A DNA stretch of 64,000 nucleotides from an uncultured Actinomycetes bacterium. Lineage in GTDB: Bacteria > SZUA-79 > Acidulodesulfobacterales > Acidulodesulfobacteraceae. Below, in pieces: positions 39,743 to 52,923 of the stretch. The stretch lies in assembly GCA_964631685.1 (NCBI GenBank), contig CAZVZU010000002.1:197216-261215 (forward strand), written 5' to 3'. Position numbers and translations under genes: made by a program. Position 1 is the stretch's first letter, and every line of letters starts with the position of its first letter. The notes below the pieces were generated by a model. It saw only the letters and a list, made by a program, of their open reading frames with translations, had not been told where the DNA came from and ran no database searches.

Positions 39743-41155
39743 TTAGATATCGTAATACAATGCAAACTCGTAAGGAACAGGTCTTATATTGACCGGCTGA
39801 ACCTCATTTTCCATTTTATAATCAATCCACGTTCTAATTGCATCATCTGTAAACACATTACCCTGGAGCAAGAACTTGTGATCCTTTTCTAACTCCATTA
39901 ACGCGCTCTCTAAAGAACTTGGAGCAACCGGTATATTTTTAATATCCTTCTTGGATAAAGCGAATAGATCTTTATCGACAGGTTTGCCCGGATTAATTTT
40001 ATTTATAATTCCGTCCAACCCTGCAAGAAGCAAGGCGGAAAACGCAAGATAACAATTTGCAGTCGGGTCTGGAGTCCTATACTCTATCCTTTTTGTTTTT
40101 GGAGAAGTGGAATACATGGGTATCCTGATTGCGGCACTTCTATTCCTTGAAGAGTAGACAAAATTAACAGGTGCCTCAAAACCGGGGATTAATCTCTTGT
40201 AAGAGTTTGTCGTAGGGTTGGTAAATGCGCATAAAGCCTTTGAGTGTTTCAATATTCCGCCGATGTAATAAAGCGCCATCTCAGAGAGTCCTGCATATTC
40301 TTTGCCGGAAAAAAGTGGCTGTCCATTTTTCCATAGGGATTGATGAATATGCATACCGGAACCATTGTCGTCAAAAAGAGGCTTAGGCATAAAAGTAGCC
40401 GTCTTATCGTATCTTCTTGCCACATTTTTTACTATGTATTTATACCACATGAAGCTGTCGCCCATAGTTGTCAAAGAGTTAAAGCGCATGTCTATTTCAG
40501 CCTGACCACCAGTTGCAACCTCGTGATGGGCGGCCTCAATTTGCACTCCCACATTCTGTAACTCCATAACCATCTCATTTCTTATGTCTGTCTGTGTATC
40601 TATCGGCGAAACGGGAAAATACCCCTCTTTATGTCTCGGCTTGTGTCCCAAATTAGGCATTTCATCTCTACCACTATTCCAAATTCCTTCTTCTGAATCG
40701 ACATAATAATAACCACTATTTGAGGTCTGATCATACCTTACGTCATCAAATACGAAAAACTCCGCTTCAGGTCCAAAGTATACGGTATCAGCAATGCCAG
40801 TGTCTTTTAAATATTTTTCTGCCTTCTGAGCTATGAAACGTGGATCCTTGTCGTAAAAATTACCTGTTATGGGATCTTTAACGTTACACGTTAAAGATAA
40901 TGTCTTAATCTCAATAAAATTATCGACTACAGCGGTAGATGCATCCGGTATAATTAACATGTCGGACGCTTCAATCGCCTGCCAACCCCTAATGCTTGAA
41001 CCATCAAATCCGAAACCTTCCTCAAAAACTTCTTCCGACAATTCACTGACCGGCACCGTAAAATGCTGCCATGTTCCCAATAAATCGCAAAACTTCACAT
41101 CAACGAGCTTAATATCCTGCTCCTTGACATATTGAATAACTTCATTTTCCGTCAT
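39743..41155 (-). CDS. glnA: Glutamine synthetase type I
   Basis: [47 protein letters not shown]. Confidence 0.98.
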   Translation of the reverse strand: MTENEVIQYVKEQDIKLVDVKFCDLLGTWQHFTVPVSELSEEVFEEGFGFDGSSIRGWQAIEASDMLIIPDASTAVVDNFIEIKTLSLTCNVKDPITGNFYDKDPRFIAQKAEKYLKDTGIADTVYFGPEAEFFVFDDVRYDQTSNSGYYYVDSEEGIWNSGRDEMPNLGHKPRHKEGYFPVSPIDTQTDIRNEMVMELQNVGVQIEAAHHEVATGGQAEIDMRFNSLTTMGDSFMWYKYIVKNVARRYDKTATFMPKPLFDDNGSGMHIHQSLWKNGQPLFSGKEYAGLSEMALYYIGGILKHSKALCAFTNPTTNSYKRLIPGFEAPVNFVYSSRNRSAAIRIPMYSTSPKTKRIEYRTPDPTANCYLAFSALLLAGLDGIINKINPGKPVDKDLFALSKKDIKNIPVAPSSLESALMELEKDHKFLLQGNVFTDDAIRTWIDYKMENEVQPVNIRPVPYEFALYYDI

Positions 41156-41194
41156 TTTCCCTCCGTAATTTATATATTTAAAATTTAGTAGACC

Positions 41195-41545
<351 letters not shown>

Positions 41546-41554
41546 TTAAAATTG

Positions 41555-41570
41555 AGCAATAAGCATGCCA
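41555..41570 (-). promoter_or_regulatory. sigma54 promoter of glnB-glnA
   Basis: TGGCATGCTTATTGCT. Confidence 0.9.
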
Positions 41571-41667
41571 TGTCTTATGCAACAAATAAAGTTTAGTATA
41601 AAACTTAAAATATACAAGTCCTTCCAAAAAAATACATAAAATTCAGTATAATTTAAAATGGAGTAAC

Positions 41668-41715
41668 TGCCCATAATTTGAGCAATAATATAATGATATG
41701 CCTAAAACTTAGGCT
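41668..41715. promoter_or_regulatory. Tandem NtrC-like enhancer sites
   Basis: TGCCCATAATTTGAGCA (41668-41684) and TGCCTAAAACTTAGGCT (41699-41715), 31 bp apart. Confidence 0.7.
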
Positions 41716-42199
41716 AATCTCTGAAATTGGCAAAGGATAACTCTATATCTATCGAAAACCCCTTTAAATGAGTAATAATCTTTTGAAGCTCATCCTTAGA
41801 TTTTGAATTTACCCTAAGATGGTCCTTAAGATTTTCAATTGTAGCCTTTGGAGATACCCGTTTTATTTCCTGAATTATTTTCTTTGACGAATCTTTATCT
41901 ATCCCTTCTTTAATTTCAATCTCTTGCCTTACCATTCCTTTATGTGCTGCTTCCTTCTTTTTGAAATCTAAAAATTTTATGGAGACACCTCGTTTTATAA
42001 GTTTGCCTTTCAATATATCAATCACGGCGGTAAGCTTATAATCATCATCACCAAGAACAGTAACAATATTGTCCTGTATTTTAATCTCACTTTTTGTACC
42101 TTTAAAATCGTAACGACCCGTCATCTCTTTAATTGACTGATTAATTGCATTATCAAGTTCTTGTGGGTCTGCTTTTGAAACTACATCAAAAGACGGCAT
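41714..42199 (-). CDS. yajQ: YajQ family nucleotide/c-di-GMP-binding protein
   Basis: MPSFDVVS, RYDFKG, NFRD C-terminus. Confidence 0.95.
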   Translation of the reverse strand: MPSFDVVSKADPQELDNAINQSIKEMTGRYDFKGTKSEIKIQDNIVTVLGDDDYKLTAVIDILKGKLIKRGVSIKFLDFKKKEAAHKGMVRQEIEIKEGIDKDSSKKIIQEIKRVSPKATIENLKDHLRVNSKSKDELQKIITHLKGFSIDIELSFANFRD

Positions 42200-42219
42200 C
42201 TGGATCTCCTATTTTGTGA

Positions 42220-42897
42220 TTAGTTTACCTTTATTAGTTTATAACCCGATGGAATGTTAATACTAAAAATATCGCTATTGATATGTTTATTAAACTTAAC
42301 GCCGGAATAATGAAATATTATTATCTGTCCTTGGTATGTTAAAATCTTCATTGAAATTATCTTGAGGCTATTTGTTGCGAAATTTATATCAATTTCTTTT
42401 GCTCTTTGAATGCTTATAGGCTTTAATTTTAAACCTATTGTACCCGAATTCACCTTTATACTTTGCACTTTGAAATATTGAGTCAGGTTTCCAATCCCGG
42501 CAATAATATTTGGAGGGAATCCGCCCATTTTCTTGCCTACGTTAACAACCGTAACCTTTTTAAGACGGCTATCAATGATGTAAAGATTATTATTTTTCAA
42601 CACCTGCCTTTTTTGTTTAGGATAGGTATATACCCACGCCATATAATCCTTGCCTCCGTAATAAAACACGCCCTTAAAAGACATATTTTGCGAATATCCC
42701 TGTATGATCTCCTTTTGATAAAAATAGGCACTCATTGAATGTATGTTTTTATACCTGCTTTCGATTTTTTTAATTAATAAATTAGACGGGGATAAGGCGC
42801 AAGCCTTTATCGGCATTGAATATAAAGACAAAAAAGTCGCCGCAATTAAAAATAAGACAAAAAGCTTAACGTTAAGGGTATTTATCTTCTTCATCAC
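42220..42897 (-). CDS. lolA: Outer-membrane lipoprotein carrier LolA family
   Basis: Signal peptide; A.F.Q, W.Y..P..Q pattern; directly after ftsK. Confidence 0.75.
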   Translation of the reverse strand: MMKKINTLNVKLFVLFLIAATFLSLYSMPIKACALSPSNLLIKKIESRYKNIHSMSAYFYQKEIIQGYSQNMSFKGVFYYGGKDYMAWVYTYPKQKRQVLKNNNLYIIDSRLKKVTVVNVGKKMGGFPPNIIAGIGNLTQYFKVQSIKVNSGTIGLKLKPISIQRAKEIDINFATNSLKIISMKILTYQGQIIIFHYSGVKFNKHINSDIFSINIPSGYKLIKVN

Positions 42898-45095
42898 TTT
42901 GTCAGCCTTCCTTCATTTTGAAGTTTTTCCATTATTCTTGCCGCCCTATTAAAACCTATTCTAAATCTGCGTTGAACATACGATATAGACAATCTACTCC
43001 TATCATCTAAAGATTCAATCATATTTAATACTTCACCGTATATTTCATCATCAGGATCGCTTTTGACCATTTTATCAAAATTATTTGTATTATTAAACTC
43101 ATTTATCAATAATTCATTTCTTGACGACGGAAAATCCCTTCTCTCAATAAATTCCAGAACGTTTTTAATCTCGTTCTCTGCTAAATAAGAACCGTGAATC
43201 CTTATAAGCCTGCCCTGCCCAGGCGGCATAAAAAGCATATCACCATTTCCTAAAAGCTCTTCTGCGCCGTTTGAGTCTAATATTGTCCTTGAATCGACCC
43301 TAGAAGAAACTAAAAAAGCGATACGGGAAGGCATATTGGCCTTAATAACCCCTGTAACTACATTCACCGAAGGCCTTTGGGTTGCCATTACAAGATGAAT
43401 CCCACAAGCCCTAGCCATTTGAGAAAGCCTGATGATAGAAGTCTCAACATCTTTCGGACTTGTAAGCATTAAATCGCTTAGTTCATCTATTATTATGACA
43501 AGATAAGGCATAGGCTTCCTATTTTGTTTTTTCAACTGCACATTATACTGCGCTATGTTTTTAACCGAAGCCCCCAGCATGCGATCGTATCTTCTTTCCA
43601 TCTCAGTAATTGCCCATTTAAGCGCTATATTTGCTTTTTTTGCATCGTACACAACATCACAAATAAGGTGAGGCAGTCCCTCAAATGGTGTTAATTCCAG
43701 CCGCTTAGGGTCTATCATTAAAAAGTTAAGCTCCTCATATGTCGCCTTAAAAAGAAGACTTGTTACAAGCGTATTTATGAATACACTTTTACCCGCTCCT
43801 GTTGCCCCTGCTATCAACAAATGAGGACATTTCGCAATATCAAACAAGACATTTTCGCCTATAATATTCTTACCAAGAACTATAGTAAGCGGAGACTTTG
43901 AGTTTGCAAATTCCCTTGAATTCAAAATCTCTGAAAAATAAACCGTCTCTCTTTTATTATTAGGAACCTCAATCCCTATTGCAGATTTGCCCTCAATAAC
44001 CCCTGCTATTCTAACGGGCTTAGACTTTAAAGCCATTGTAAGATCCTCTGAGAGCGATAAAACCTTGCCTATTTTCACACCGCTCGCCGGTTCAAACTCA
44101 TACATTGTTATAATGGGTCCGGGGTTTATGCCTGTAATTTTACCCTTAACGCCAAGATCTAAAAGTTTTTTTTCTATCAATGTCGCATTACTCATAAGGG
44201 AAAGTTTGTTTGGTCTTTGGCTGTTTCTATGCATTATCGGATCAATCAATGAGATTGGAGGTATTTTTGTTTCCCTGTTATCTACGAAGTCAAACGACCC
44301 GACCTTTTCTTTGATATTCTTATTAAAATTTATTATTGACCCATTATCGCCGGACAGACCGTCTTGTTCGTCTAATCCTTTTACTAAATTCTCCTTTGAA
44401 CCTCCGAATAATTCCTTGTTTATAACAAAACTCTTTTTTCTTTTCTTTAGTCCTTTTTTCTTTTCGAGCTTTAATTTTATTACTGAAATGACAGAATAAA
44501 TCCCATTTGTAACAATACCTACATTTGACCGTTTAATCCACTTGATGCATTTTGCAAATAGACCATAGAAGTCATAAAGCGGTGAGATGATACTTTCTGC
44601 CCTCACGTTTTTAAAAACAAGCGAGAAGGATATTAAAAACAACATAATTATTATGATTATGCTTCCCGCCTCGCCAAAAAATCTAAAAAGGTAGCTATAT
44701 ATCTCACTTCCTATTAGTCCGCCTCCCGCAATTGTAAAACCGTGATATGGGATTTTAACGAATAAAGCGCTAAAAAATATTAAAAATGTGACAAAAAAGG
44801 TGAGTATGCCGATATAAAATCTTAATTTTAACAGGGCAATCTTATTGAACAGTATAAGCATCCCCGTTAATAAAATAAAAAATATTAACAGGAAAGCGCC
44901 GGCGCCGGTTACAGTCAACAGAAAATTAGAAAGAATTCCACCCGCAAAACCGCCCCAGTTTGCATTATGAACATTTGAAATAGAGTATGAATTAGGGGTC
45001 TCCTGCAGTATGGAAAAGGAAAAAAGAGATAGAAAAGAGTATATAGAAAAAAAAATGCTTAAAAGTGCCCCAATTATCCTTTTATGATCTGGCAT
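42894..45095 (-). CDS. ftsK: DNA translocase FtsK
   Basis: N-terminal TM domain, PHLLIAGATGAGKS, IIDELSDLM, ATQRPSV, gamma domain SYVQRRFRIGFNRAAR. Confidence 0.96.
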   Translation of the reverse strand: MPDHKRIIGALLSIFFSIYSFLSLFSFSILQETPNSYSISNVHNANWGGFAGGILSNFLLTVTGAGAFLLIFFILLTGMLILFNKIALLKLRFYIGILTFFVTFLIFFSALFVKIPYHGFTIAGGGLIGSEIYSYLFRFFGEAGSIIIIIMLFLISFSLVFKNVRAESIISPLYDFYGLFAKCIKWIKRSNVGIVTNGIYSVISVIKLKLEKKKGLKKRKKSFVINKELFGGSKENLVKGLDEQDGLSGDNGSIINFNKNIKEKVGSFDFVDNRETKIPPISLIDPIMHRNSQRPNKLSLMSNATLIEKKLLDLGVKGKITGINPGPIITMYEFEPASGVKIGKVLSLSEDLTMALKSKPVRIAGVIEGKSAIGIEVPNNKRETVYFSEILNSREFANSKSPLTIVLGKNIIGENVLFDIAKCPHLLIAGATGAGKSVFINTLVTSLLFKATYEELNFLMIDPKRLELTPFEGLPHLICDVVYDAKKANIALKWAITEMERRYDRMLGASVKNIAQYNVQLKKQNRKPMPYLVIIIDELSDLMLTSPKDVETSIIRLSQMARACGIHLVMATQRPSVNVVTGVIKANMPSRIAFLVSSRVDSRTILDSNGAEELLGNGDMLFMPPGQGRLIRIHGSYLAENEIKNVLEFIERRDFPSSRNELLINEFNNTNNFDKMVKSDPDDEIYGEVLNMIESLDDRSRLSISYVQRRFRIGFNRAARIMEKLQNEGRLTK

Positions 45096-45098
45096 AAT

Positions 45099-46364
45099 CT
45101 AAATAAACTCTTCCGTTCCAAAATAATGCTTCAACGGGTTAGGAATTCGTATGCGGTCATCGTTAGTCTGATAATTCTCAATTATCGCTATCATAACCCT
45201 TGGAAGGGCAAGACCTGAACCGTTAAGCGTATTTACAAACTCTGCTTTTGAATTTACGTCTCTTTTAAATTTTATATTCGCTCTTCTTGCCTGGAAGGAA
45301 CCGAAATTTGAACACGAGCTCACCTCCAGCCATTCATCTATTCCCGGGGCGTAAACCTCTATATCGTATTTTTCACTTGCGGAAAAACTTAGATCCCCTG
45401 TGCACATTTTTACGAGCCTGTGCGGAATATCAAGTCTGTTAAGAATGTCCTGCGCATCGCTAATTAGGCCGAATAACTCATCTTTGGCTGTTTCGGGCGT
45501 GGTAATTTTTACGAGCTCCACTTTATCGAACTGATGCCCTCTTTTTATACCCCTAGTATCTCTGCCGGCGGACATCTTTTCTTTTCTAAAGCATGCCGTA
45601 TATGCCACATGCTTTATGGGAAGTCGGTCTATTTTTATCACTTCGTTACCGTACATATTGGTAACAGGAACCTCCGCCGTGGGAATAAACCAAGAATTAG
45701 AATCCCCATCCTTGTATAAATTATCGGCAAATTTAGGTAATTGTCCCGTCCCGATTAAAGCAGCCTCATTGACCATATATGGCGGATAAATCTCTTCATA
45801 ATCATGGTAGGTTACGTGAGTATCAAGCATGAAATTAACAAGAGCCCTTTGGAGTTTAGCAAATCCCTTTTTTAGGACATAAAAACGCGTCCCCGATATT
45901 TTTACTCCCCTTTCAAAGTCTATTAAATCCCTTTTTTCTCCTATTACGTAGTGGGGTTTCGGCTTAAAATCAAACTTCCTCTTTTCGTTAAAATAAGAAA
46001 TAACGATATTTTCCGATTCATCCCTTCCGACCGGCACATCATTACCCGGAAGATTTGGAAGGCTTAACATAAGTGAATTGAGCTTTTCTTCAACGGCGCT
46101 CAGTTCACTCTCTTGAGATTTAATCAACTCGTTTATTTTTTTGACCTCATTTTTTTTTGACGATATTACTCCTTCATCTCGTTCTGAAGCTATCTCTTTA
46201 GATAATGTCTTACGAGTATTTCTTAGGCATTCCGTATCATACAGGAGCCTTCTTTTTGCTGCGTCAAACTCGTAAACTTCATCTATTTTGACTGGAACAA
46301 AAAGTTTCTCCATCTCCTTTTTAACGAATTCTCTCTTTTCCCTGATAAGCTTTATGTCGATCAT
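45099..46364 (-). CDS. serS: Serine-tRNA ligase
   Basis: PTAEVP, CFRKE, RGHQFDKVE, EVSSCSN, TLNGSGLA. Confidence 0.98.
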   Translation of the reverse strand: MIDIKLIREKREFVKKEMEKLFVPVKIDEVYEFDAAKRRLLYDTECLRNTRKTLSKEIASERDEGVISSKKNEVKKINELIKSQESELSAVEEKLNSLMLSLPNLPGNDVPVGRDESENIVISYFNEKRKFDFKPKPHYVIGEKRDLIDFERGVKISGTRFYVLKKGFAKLQRALVNFMLDTHVTYHDYEEIYPPYMVNEAALIGTGQLPKFADNLYKDGDSNSWFIPTAEVPVTNMYGNEVIKIDRLPIKHVAYTACFRKEKMSAGRDTRGIKRGHQFDKVELVKITTPETAKDELFGLISDAQDILNRLDIPHRLVKMCTGDLSFSASEKYDIEVYAPGIDEWLEVSSCSNFGSFQARRANIKFKRDVNSKAEFVNTLNGSGLALPRVMIAIIENYQTNDDRIRIPNPLKHYFGTEEFI

Positions 46365-46454
46365 GATAATTTAATAATTGTTTGATTTATGAATTTATAT
46401 TTTTACTGAATAATGCTGTAATATGATAATATGTTTCGAAGAGAATATCAATGA

Positions 46455-46700
46455 TTAATCGTTTAACAATATATTGATAACATTACCGCTCATCTCTATA
46501 AAGCCACCGTCAATATTAATTTCATTTGTAGTTTCGTCTGTCTTATACCTTACGACACCCCTCTCCACAACAGAAATAAAATTAACGTGCTCCGGCAAAA
46601 TTCCTTCAATACCGGACTTTGCCGGCACTTCGCAAAACTTAACGCTACCATTATAAATCAAACCTTTCTTTTTACCTACAATTTTAAGCTTAAGGGGCAT
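46455..46700 (-). CDS. atpC: ATP synthase epsilon subunit (N-terminal domain only)
   Basis: PAKSG..GILPEH, GGFIE; last gene after atpD; 81 aa. Confidence 0.88.
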   Translation of the reverse strand: MPLKLKIVGKKKGLIYNGSVKFCEVPAKSGIEGILPEHVNFISVVERGVVRYKTDETTNEINIDGGFIEMSGNVINILLND

Positions 46701-46706
46701 ATTAAT

Positions 46707-48113
<1,407 letters not shown>

Positions 48114-48140
48114 TTATATCTCTCCCTCTTATGATCTTCA

Positions 48141-49004
48141 TTATTCTATTGCGCTTACACCGTTTATGATATCCAAAATTTCAAGCGTAACCGACGATTG
48201 CCTGGCCTTATTATACATTACGGTTAATTTATTTATGATTTCCCCTGCATTGTTTGTGGCACTGTCCATAGCATTCATCCTAGATACATATTCTCCCGCT
48301 AAAGATTCCAATATCTTGAAATAAATTTTTGTCTGAATATGCTCTCTGAATATCTTATCTATTACCTTGTCTTCATCTGATAATGGCTCTACTAGGTACC
48401 CGCCGCTATTTTTACTTTCAAAAGAGGATTTAAATGGCAAAATTTTTTCTAATAACGCCTCTTGATGAATTGCGGAAATATAGCTATTGGATATCAAATA
48501 GAGCTCGCTTATCTCGCGGTCTATGAAGTCACTGGATATTTTAACCGACAGCGTTTCAGGTAATTCGGCATCAAAATTGCTTCCTGAAAAAAAGGCACTA
48601 AATTGAGCAGAATAACCATGTTTTTTAAAAAAATTAACACCCTTCCTTCCTATTATGTACAGCCTTATTCGACTACTATCCATCCCTTTGTCTCGAAATT
48701 CCTCAAAAAAAAGCTTAAAAATATTCATATTAAAGGAACCGCATAAGCCTCTGTCCGTAGAAATTATCACAACACCCACCATATCGTTATCCGAATTTTT
48801 AAAAAAAGGGTGGCTGTACAATACGGAATTTCTTGAAATATTTTTTATTATATCATTATATGCTTCTGCGTAAGGACGGAAGGCATCCATTGCAACATGA
48901 CTTTTTTTAAATCTTGCGCCGGCTACCATTTTCATAGCCTTCGTAATTTGCCTTGTATTTTTAATACTTGCAATCTTTCTTTGTATAGATTTTAAATTTG
49001 ACAT
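48141..49004 (-). CDS. atpG: ATP synthase gamma subunit
   Basis: QITKAMKMVA, DRGLCGSFN, RMNAMDSATNNA, NKARQ. Confidence 0.97.
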   Translation of the reverse strand: MSNLKSIQRKIASIKNTRQITKAMKMVAGARFKKSHVAMDAFRPYAEAYNDIIKNISRNSVLYSHPFFKNSDNDMVGVVIISTDRGLCGSFNMNIFKLFFEEFRDKGMDSSRIRLYIIGRKGVNFFKKHGYSAQFSAFFSGSNFDAELPETLSVKISSDFIDREISELYLISNSYISAIHQEALLEKILPFKSSFESKNSGGYLVEPLSDEDKVIDKIFREHIQTKIYFKILESLAGEYVSRMNAMDSATNNAGEIINKLTVMYNKARQSSVTLEILDIINGVSAIE

Positions 49005-49018
49005 TTGTAAAATATATG

Positions 49019-50530
49019 TTAATCTTCTGTGAATGTTTTTTTAAATTCATCTAATGCAATAATAAGACTGGATTTTACTGCATCGTCTATAATCTTTTTT
49101 CCTCTAATATTCTTATATATTTCGGCATGATTATCTTCAATATACGACAACACACCTTTTTCATACTTTTTCACAGACGCGAGTTTGTAATCCTGTAAAT
49201 AGCCGTTATTTGCTGCAAACAATAACACAATCTCCTTTTCAACAGGCATAGGCCGATACTGCTCCTGCTTTAAAAGTTCCGACATCATTCGTCCGCGGGA
49301 AAGCATTTCCTGTGTTGCTTTATCAAGGTCAGCCCCAAATTGTGAAAATGCCGCCAACTCTCTATACTGTGCCAAGGAAAGCCTTAACCCACCGGAGACC
49401 TGTTTCATGGCCTTAATTTGAGCGTCACCACCAACCCTTGATACGGATAGTCCGGCATTTACCGCCGGCCTAACGCCCGCGTAAAAAAGATCCGTTTCGA
49501 GAAATATTTGCCCATCCGTAATAGAAATAATATTGGTCGGAATATATGCGGAAACATCTCCGGCCTGGGTTTCTACTATGGGCAATGCAGTAAGTGAACC
49601 GCCGCCACGAGCATCGTTCAGTTTTGCAGCTCTTTCAAGAAGCCTTGAATGAAGATAAAATACATCCCCCGGGTATGCCTCTCTGCCGGGAGGTCTTCTT
49701 AAAAGAAGTGACAATTCCCTATAAGCAACAGCGTGTTTTGATAGATCGTCATATACTATAAGACAATGCATGCCGTTATCTCTAAAGTATTCCCCCATTG
49801 TGACACCGGAATAGGGTGCGAAATATTGAAGAGTGGTAGGATCGCTTGCATTTGCGGCGATTATTGTAGTATATTCCATTGCGCCTTCTTTCATGAGACG
49901 GTCATAAATAAAGGAAACACTAGACTGTTTCTGTCCAATTGCAACATAGATACAATAAACACCTGAATCTTTCTGGTTTAGAATTGCATCCACCGCTATA
50001 GCAGTTTTTCCTGTTTGCCTATCGCCTATTATAAGCTCCCTTTGGCCCCTACCTATTGGTATTAAAGAATCTATAACTTTTATCCCTGTGTATAAAGGCT
50101 CGCTAACCTTCTTTCTGTGAACTATGCCGGGACCCTTCTTTTCAATAGGAGAATACTCTTCAGCTTTAACAATATTCTTGCCGTCAATAGGCCTCCCGAG
50201 TCCATCGAGAACCCTGCCTATAATCCCCTTTCCAACCGGAACTTCGGCTATTTTTCCCGTTCTTTTTACCGTATCCCCCTCTTTAACATAAGACTCCTCT
50301 CCAAGTATTGCAACGCCTACATTATCTTCTTCCAAATTCAATACATATCCGTAAACATCAGGGGCAACCTCCAGCATCTCCCCTATCATGGCGTTTTTAA
50401 GTCCATATATCTTTGCAACATTGTCACCTACAGACAAAACCACACCGACTTCGCTTATATCAATATGTTTTGTATAAGACTGTATCCTTTTTTTAATAAT
50501 CTCTATGCTCTCCGACGCTTTAACCCCCAT
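49019..50530 (-). CDS. atpA: ATP synthase alpha subunit
   Basis: [29 protein letters not shown] 50530 preferred, TTG 50536 possible. Confidence 0.98.
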   Translation of the reverse strand: MGVKASESIEIIKKRIQSYTKHIDISEVGVVLSVGDNVAKIYGLKNAMIGEMLEVAPDVYGYVLNLEEDNVGVAILGEESYVKEGDTVKRTGKIAEVPVGKGIIGRVLDGLGRPIDGKNIVKAEEYSPIEKKGPGIVHRKKVSEPLYTGIKVIDSLIPIGRGQRELIIGDRQTGKTAIAVDAILNQKDSGVYCIYVAIGQKQSSVSFIYDRLMKEGAMEYTTIIAANASDPTTLQYFAPYSGVTMGEYFRDNGMHCLIVYDDLSKHAVAYRELSLLLRRPPGREAYPGDVFYLHSRLLERAAKLNDARGGGSLTALPIVETQAGDVSAYIPTNIISITDGQIFLETDLFYAGVRPAVNAGLSVSRVGGDAQIKAMKQVSGGLRLSLAQYRELAAFSQFGADLDKATQEMLSRGRMMSELLKQEQYRPMPVEKEIVLLFAANNGYLQDYKLASVKKYEKGVLSYIEDNHAEIYKNIRGKKIIDDAVKSSLIIALDEFKKTFTED

Positions 50531-51089
50531 AAGCAAATGCTCCTTGTTTTAAATAATTATGCAAGTTATTTAGCCGTGTTCTTATGCTGCTATCGTATAA
50601 TTTTCCGCCGATATTTATAACATACCCGCCTATTATTTCTGGCAAAACCTCTCCATTTACAATAACTTTTCTGTTTATAGCTTTTTCTACCATATTCTTG
50701 ATTATACCTATTTCATCATCCTTTAATTTTTTGGCAGAAACGACGTGTACCGTTAAAGTTCCTAAAATATCATCCTTAAGCCTTGAAAACTCATTGAAAA
50801 TTTTAGACATATATATCATTCTTTCATCTTCGATCAACAGATACATGAAACTTGTGAATTCTGAACTTAAGGACAGTTCCTTACCTAAAAGATTGATCAC
50901 ATCCATTCTTTCCTTTTTGTCTATGAAGGGTTGAGATAAAAATTCCTTAAAACAAGGCTCACCATCGCAAATATCAATAAAATCTTTAAACTCCTTATAT
51001 GCATCCCTTACCCTGTCGGAATCCCGCGCTATATCAAAAAAAGCAGCGGCATATCTCTCTGCTGTTTTATTACTTAACAATTGCTTCAC
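50520..51089 (-). CDS. atpH: ATP synthase delta subunit
   Basis: AERYAAA, IIGG....G...YDSSIR..L; operon position. Confidence 0.92.
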   Translation of the reverse strand: MKQLLSNKTAERYAAAFFDIARDSDRVRDAYKEFKDFIDICDGEPCFKEFLSQPFIDKKERMDVINLLGKELSLSSEFTSFMYLLIEDERMIYMSKIFNEFSRLKDDILGTLTVHVVSAKKLKDDEIGIIKNMVEKAINRKVIVNGEVLPEIIGGYVINIGGKLYDSSIRTRLNNLHNYLKQGAFAYGG

Positions 51090-51546
51090 CGCTTATTTTA
51101 AGAAGATTACTGTTTATTTTGTTTAAAGCCTCTTCCGTCAGTTCCGTTCTTATAATATCTTCTGCAATATTAAAGGACGTGTCAAGAGCATCTCTATAAA
51201 ACTTGCGTTTTTGGTTTTCTATCTCTAATTTTGCAAGGGTCAAATAATTTTCCAAAATCTTCTCGGCTGAAATTTTTGCTTCTTCTATAATGCGTACCTT
51301 TTCTGCTTCAGCCTCTTTCGTAGCCTCTTCTTTTATATATTCTATCTCTTTTTTAATCTCGTCAAGATTACGTCGAGATTCATTATGAAATTCCTCGGCT
51401 TTATCTCTGGCATCTTTAGCCTGCTCTATAGAGAGGCTAATATCAGCCTTCCTCTTTTTAAAATAAGGATTTACATACCTAGCAAATATATAAACAAGCC
51501 CCGCTACAAGTAAAAATGTATCAAATATGCGCCAAAAAAGTGCCAT
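51070..51546 (-). CDS. atpF: ATP synthase b subunit
   Basis: N-terminal TM helix plus charged coiled coil; operon position. Confidence 0.85.
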   Translation of the reverse strand: MALFWRIFDTFLLVAGLVYIFARYVNPYFKKRKADISLSIEQAKDARDKAEEFHNESRRNLDEIKKEIEYIKEEATKEAEAEKVRIIEEAKISAEKILENYLTLAKLEIENQKRKFYRDALDTSFNIAEDIIRTELTEEALNKINSNLLKISGEAIVK

Positions 51547-51583
51547 AAATTTATACCTGCCTACATTGAAACCGATATGACGA

Positions 51584-52012
51584 TTATTCTATTATTTTTT
51601 TAGAAATAGAGATAGATAAATCTGCAGATACCCCCCTCAGGGCATCTATGATGAAATCTTTTTCCGTATTATAAAACTCTTCCATTGATTTGTTAAATTT
51701 AGCGGTGGCCTTAATTTTAGCGGTGGATACAATATTACGAAACTCCGCTTGAGCTTTCTCATGCAGTGCCTCTTTTATTTTTTTTATCTCTAGTTTTAGA
51801 TTTCGACTTTCCTGTTCCGCCTCTTCGTTAAGCGTCTTTGTCTCTTTTTCAAGGTAATTCTGCCTGTCGGCATTTGAGCCAATAGCTTCGTCTCGTTTTT
51901 TTAGGATGACTACTATGGGCCTAAACAAGAATAAATTCAAGAGATAAGTAAAAATTAAAAACGATACCGCTTCAAATAAGAGTCCTTGCCATGTTATAAT
52001 TAATTCAGTCAT
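51584..52012 (-). CDS. ATP synthase b' subunit
   Basis: TM helix then LFRPIV.IL.KR...I and a coiled coil; first gene of the operon. Confidence 0.82.
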   Translation of the reverse strand: MTELIITWQGLLFEAVSFLIFTYLLNLFLFRPIVVILKKRDEAIGSNADRQNYLEKETKTLNEEAEQESRNLKLEIKKIKEALHEKAQAEFRNIVSTAKIKATAKFNKSMEEFYNTEKDFIIDALRGVSADLSISISKKIIE

Positions 52013-52184
52013 ATCGGTATATGGTATATTTAAAAATATAATACATCCTTTAAATGGTTAAATTATATCAGAATTAATAATAAATACCAAATTATTAAAT
52101 GGGCTGTCGGCACAGTGATGCATTATCTAATTAAAAAATCATTTTTTACGTCTAAAGTAATTTCAGGGGAGGATATTTCTTATT

Positions 52185-52907
52185 ATGGATGAAATGGGGA
52201 AAGGAGAATTGGGTGAGAATGTAGTTAGCGACATTAGGGTAAAAGATAGAAAAATAATTGATACCATAATTTATAATATTTTTATTTCAAAAAAAGAACT
52301 TGCGGTCACGCTCTACCCATCCGAGGGATATTTTAAATCTTACTTGCTAGAAGTAAAACCTAATTTTTTGCTAATAGATAGCCTTATGCCCTTTTATGGA
52401 AACAAGGTGATTGTTAAATCGGAGTTTATAAAAATGGAAGTAGCAACGGACGATAACAGCGTAGAACGCTACTTCTTCACTAAATATGAGAAAAAGATAG
52501 ACGGCGATGAAAACGATCTTAATTTTTTAGTTCTCAAGCCCATTGAGATCGTCCTAATTGAAAAAAGAGCCGTCTTGCGGGTTTCGACGAATCAATCAAA
52601 TACTGCATTTATTAGTTTTTCGTATAACAGCCAAAACTATTTTATGCCTATCCACGACATTTCATGGAACAACATATCATTTACTGCGGAGTTCAAAATA
52701 GAAGTTGGACATATTATTAAAAAAGCAATAATTAAGCTATCAAAAAAATTTGTCAAAACAAACATTCGGGTAATTCACTCTACGCACATGGCAGGCAAAT
52801 ACAGAATTGGATGCCTAATAACGAATATTTCCGACAACGACAGGGACAAACTTATCAACTTCATGCTCACAATTGAAAGGCAAAACCTTAGTTCTGGTAT
52901 AGATTAA
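52185..52907 (+). CDS. PilZ-domain protein (YcgR/flagellar-brake-like)
   Basis: KRAVLR (RxxxR) and DISWNN (degenerate DxSxxG); C-terminal helix L.NF....ER. Confidence 0.7.
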   Translation: MDEMGKGELGENVVSDIRVKDRKIIDTIIYNIFISKKELAVTLYPSEGYFKSYLLEVKPNFLLIDSLMPFYGNKVIVKSEFIKMEVATDDNSVERYFFTKYEKKIDGDENDLNFLVLKPIEIVLIEKRAVLRVSTNQSNTAFISFSYNSQNYFMPIHDISWNNISFTAEFKIEVGHIIKKAIIKLSKKFVKTNIRVIHSTHMAGKYRIGCLITNISDNDRDKLINFMLTIERQNLSSGID

Positions 52908-52923
52908 TGATAAAATAAAATCT

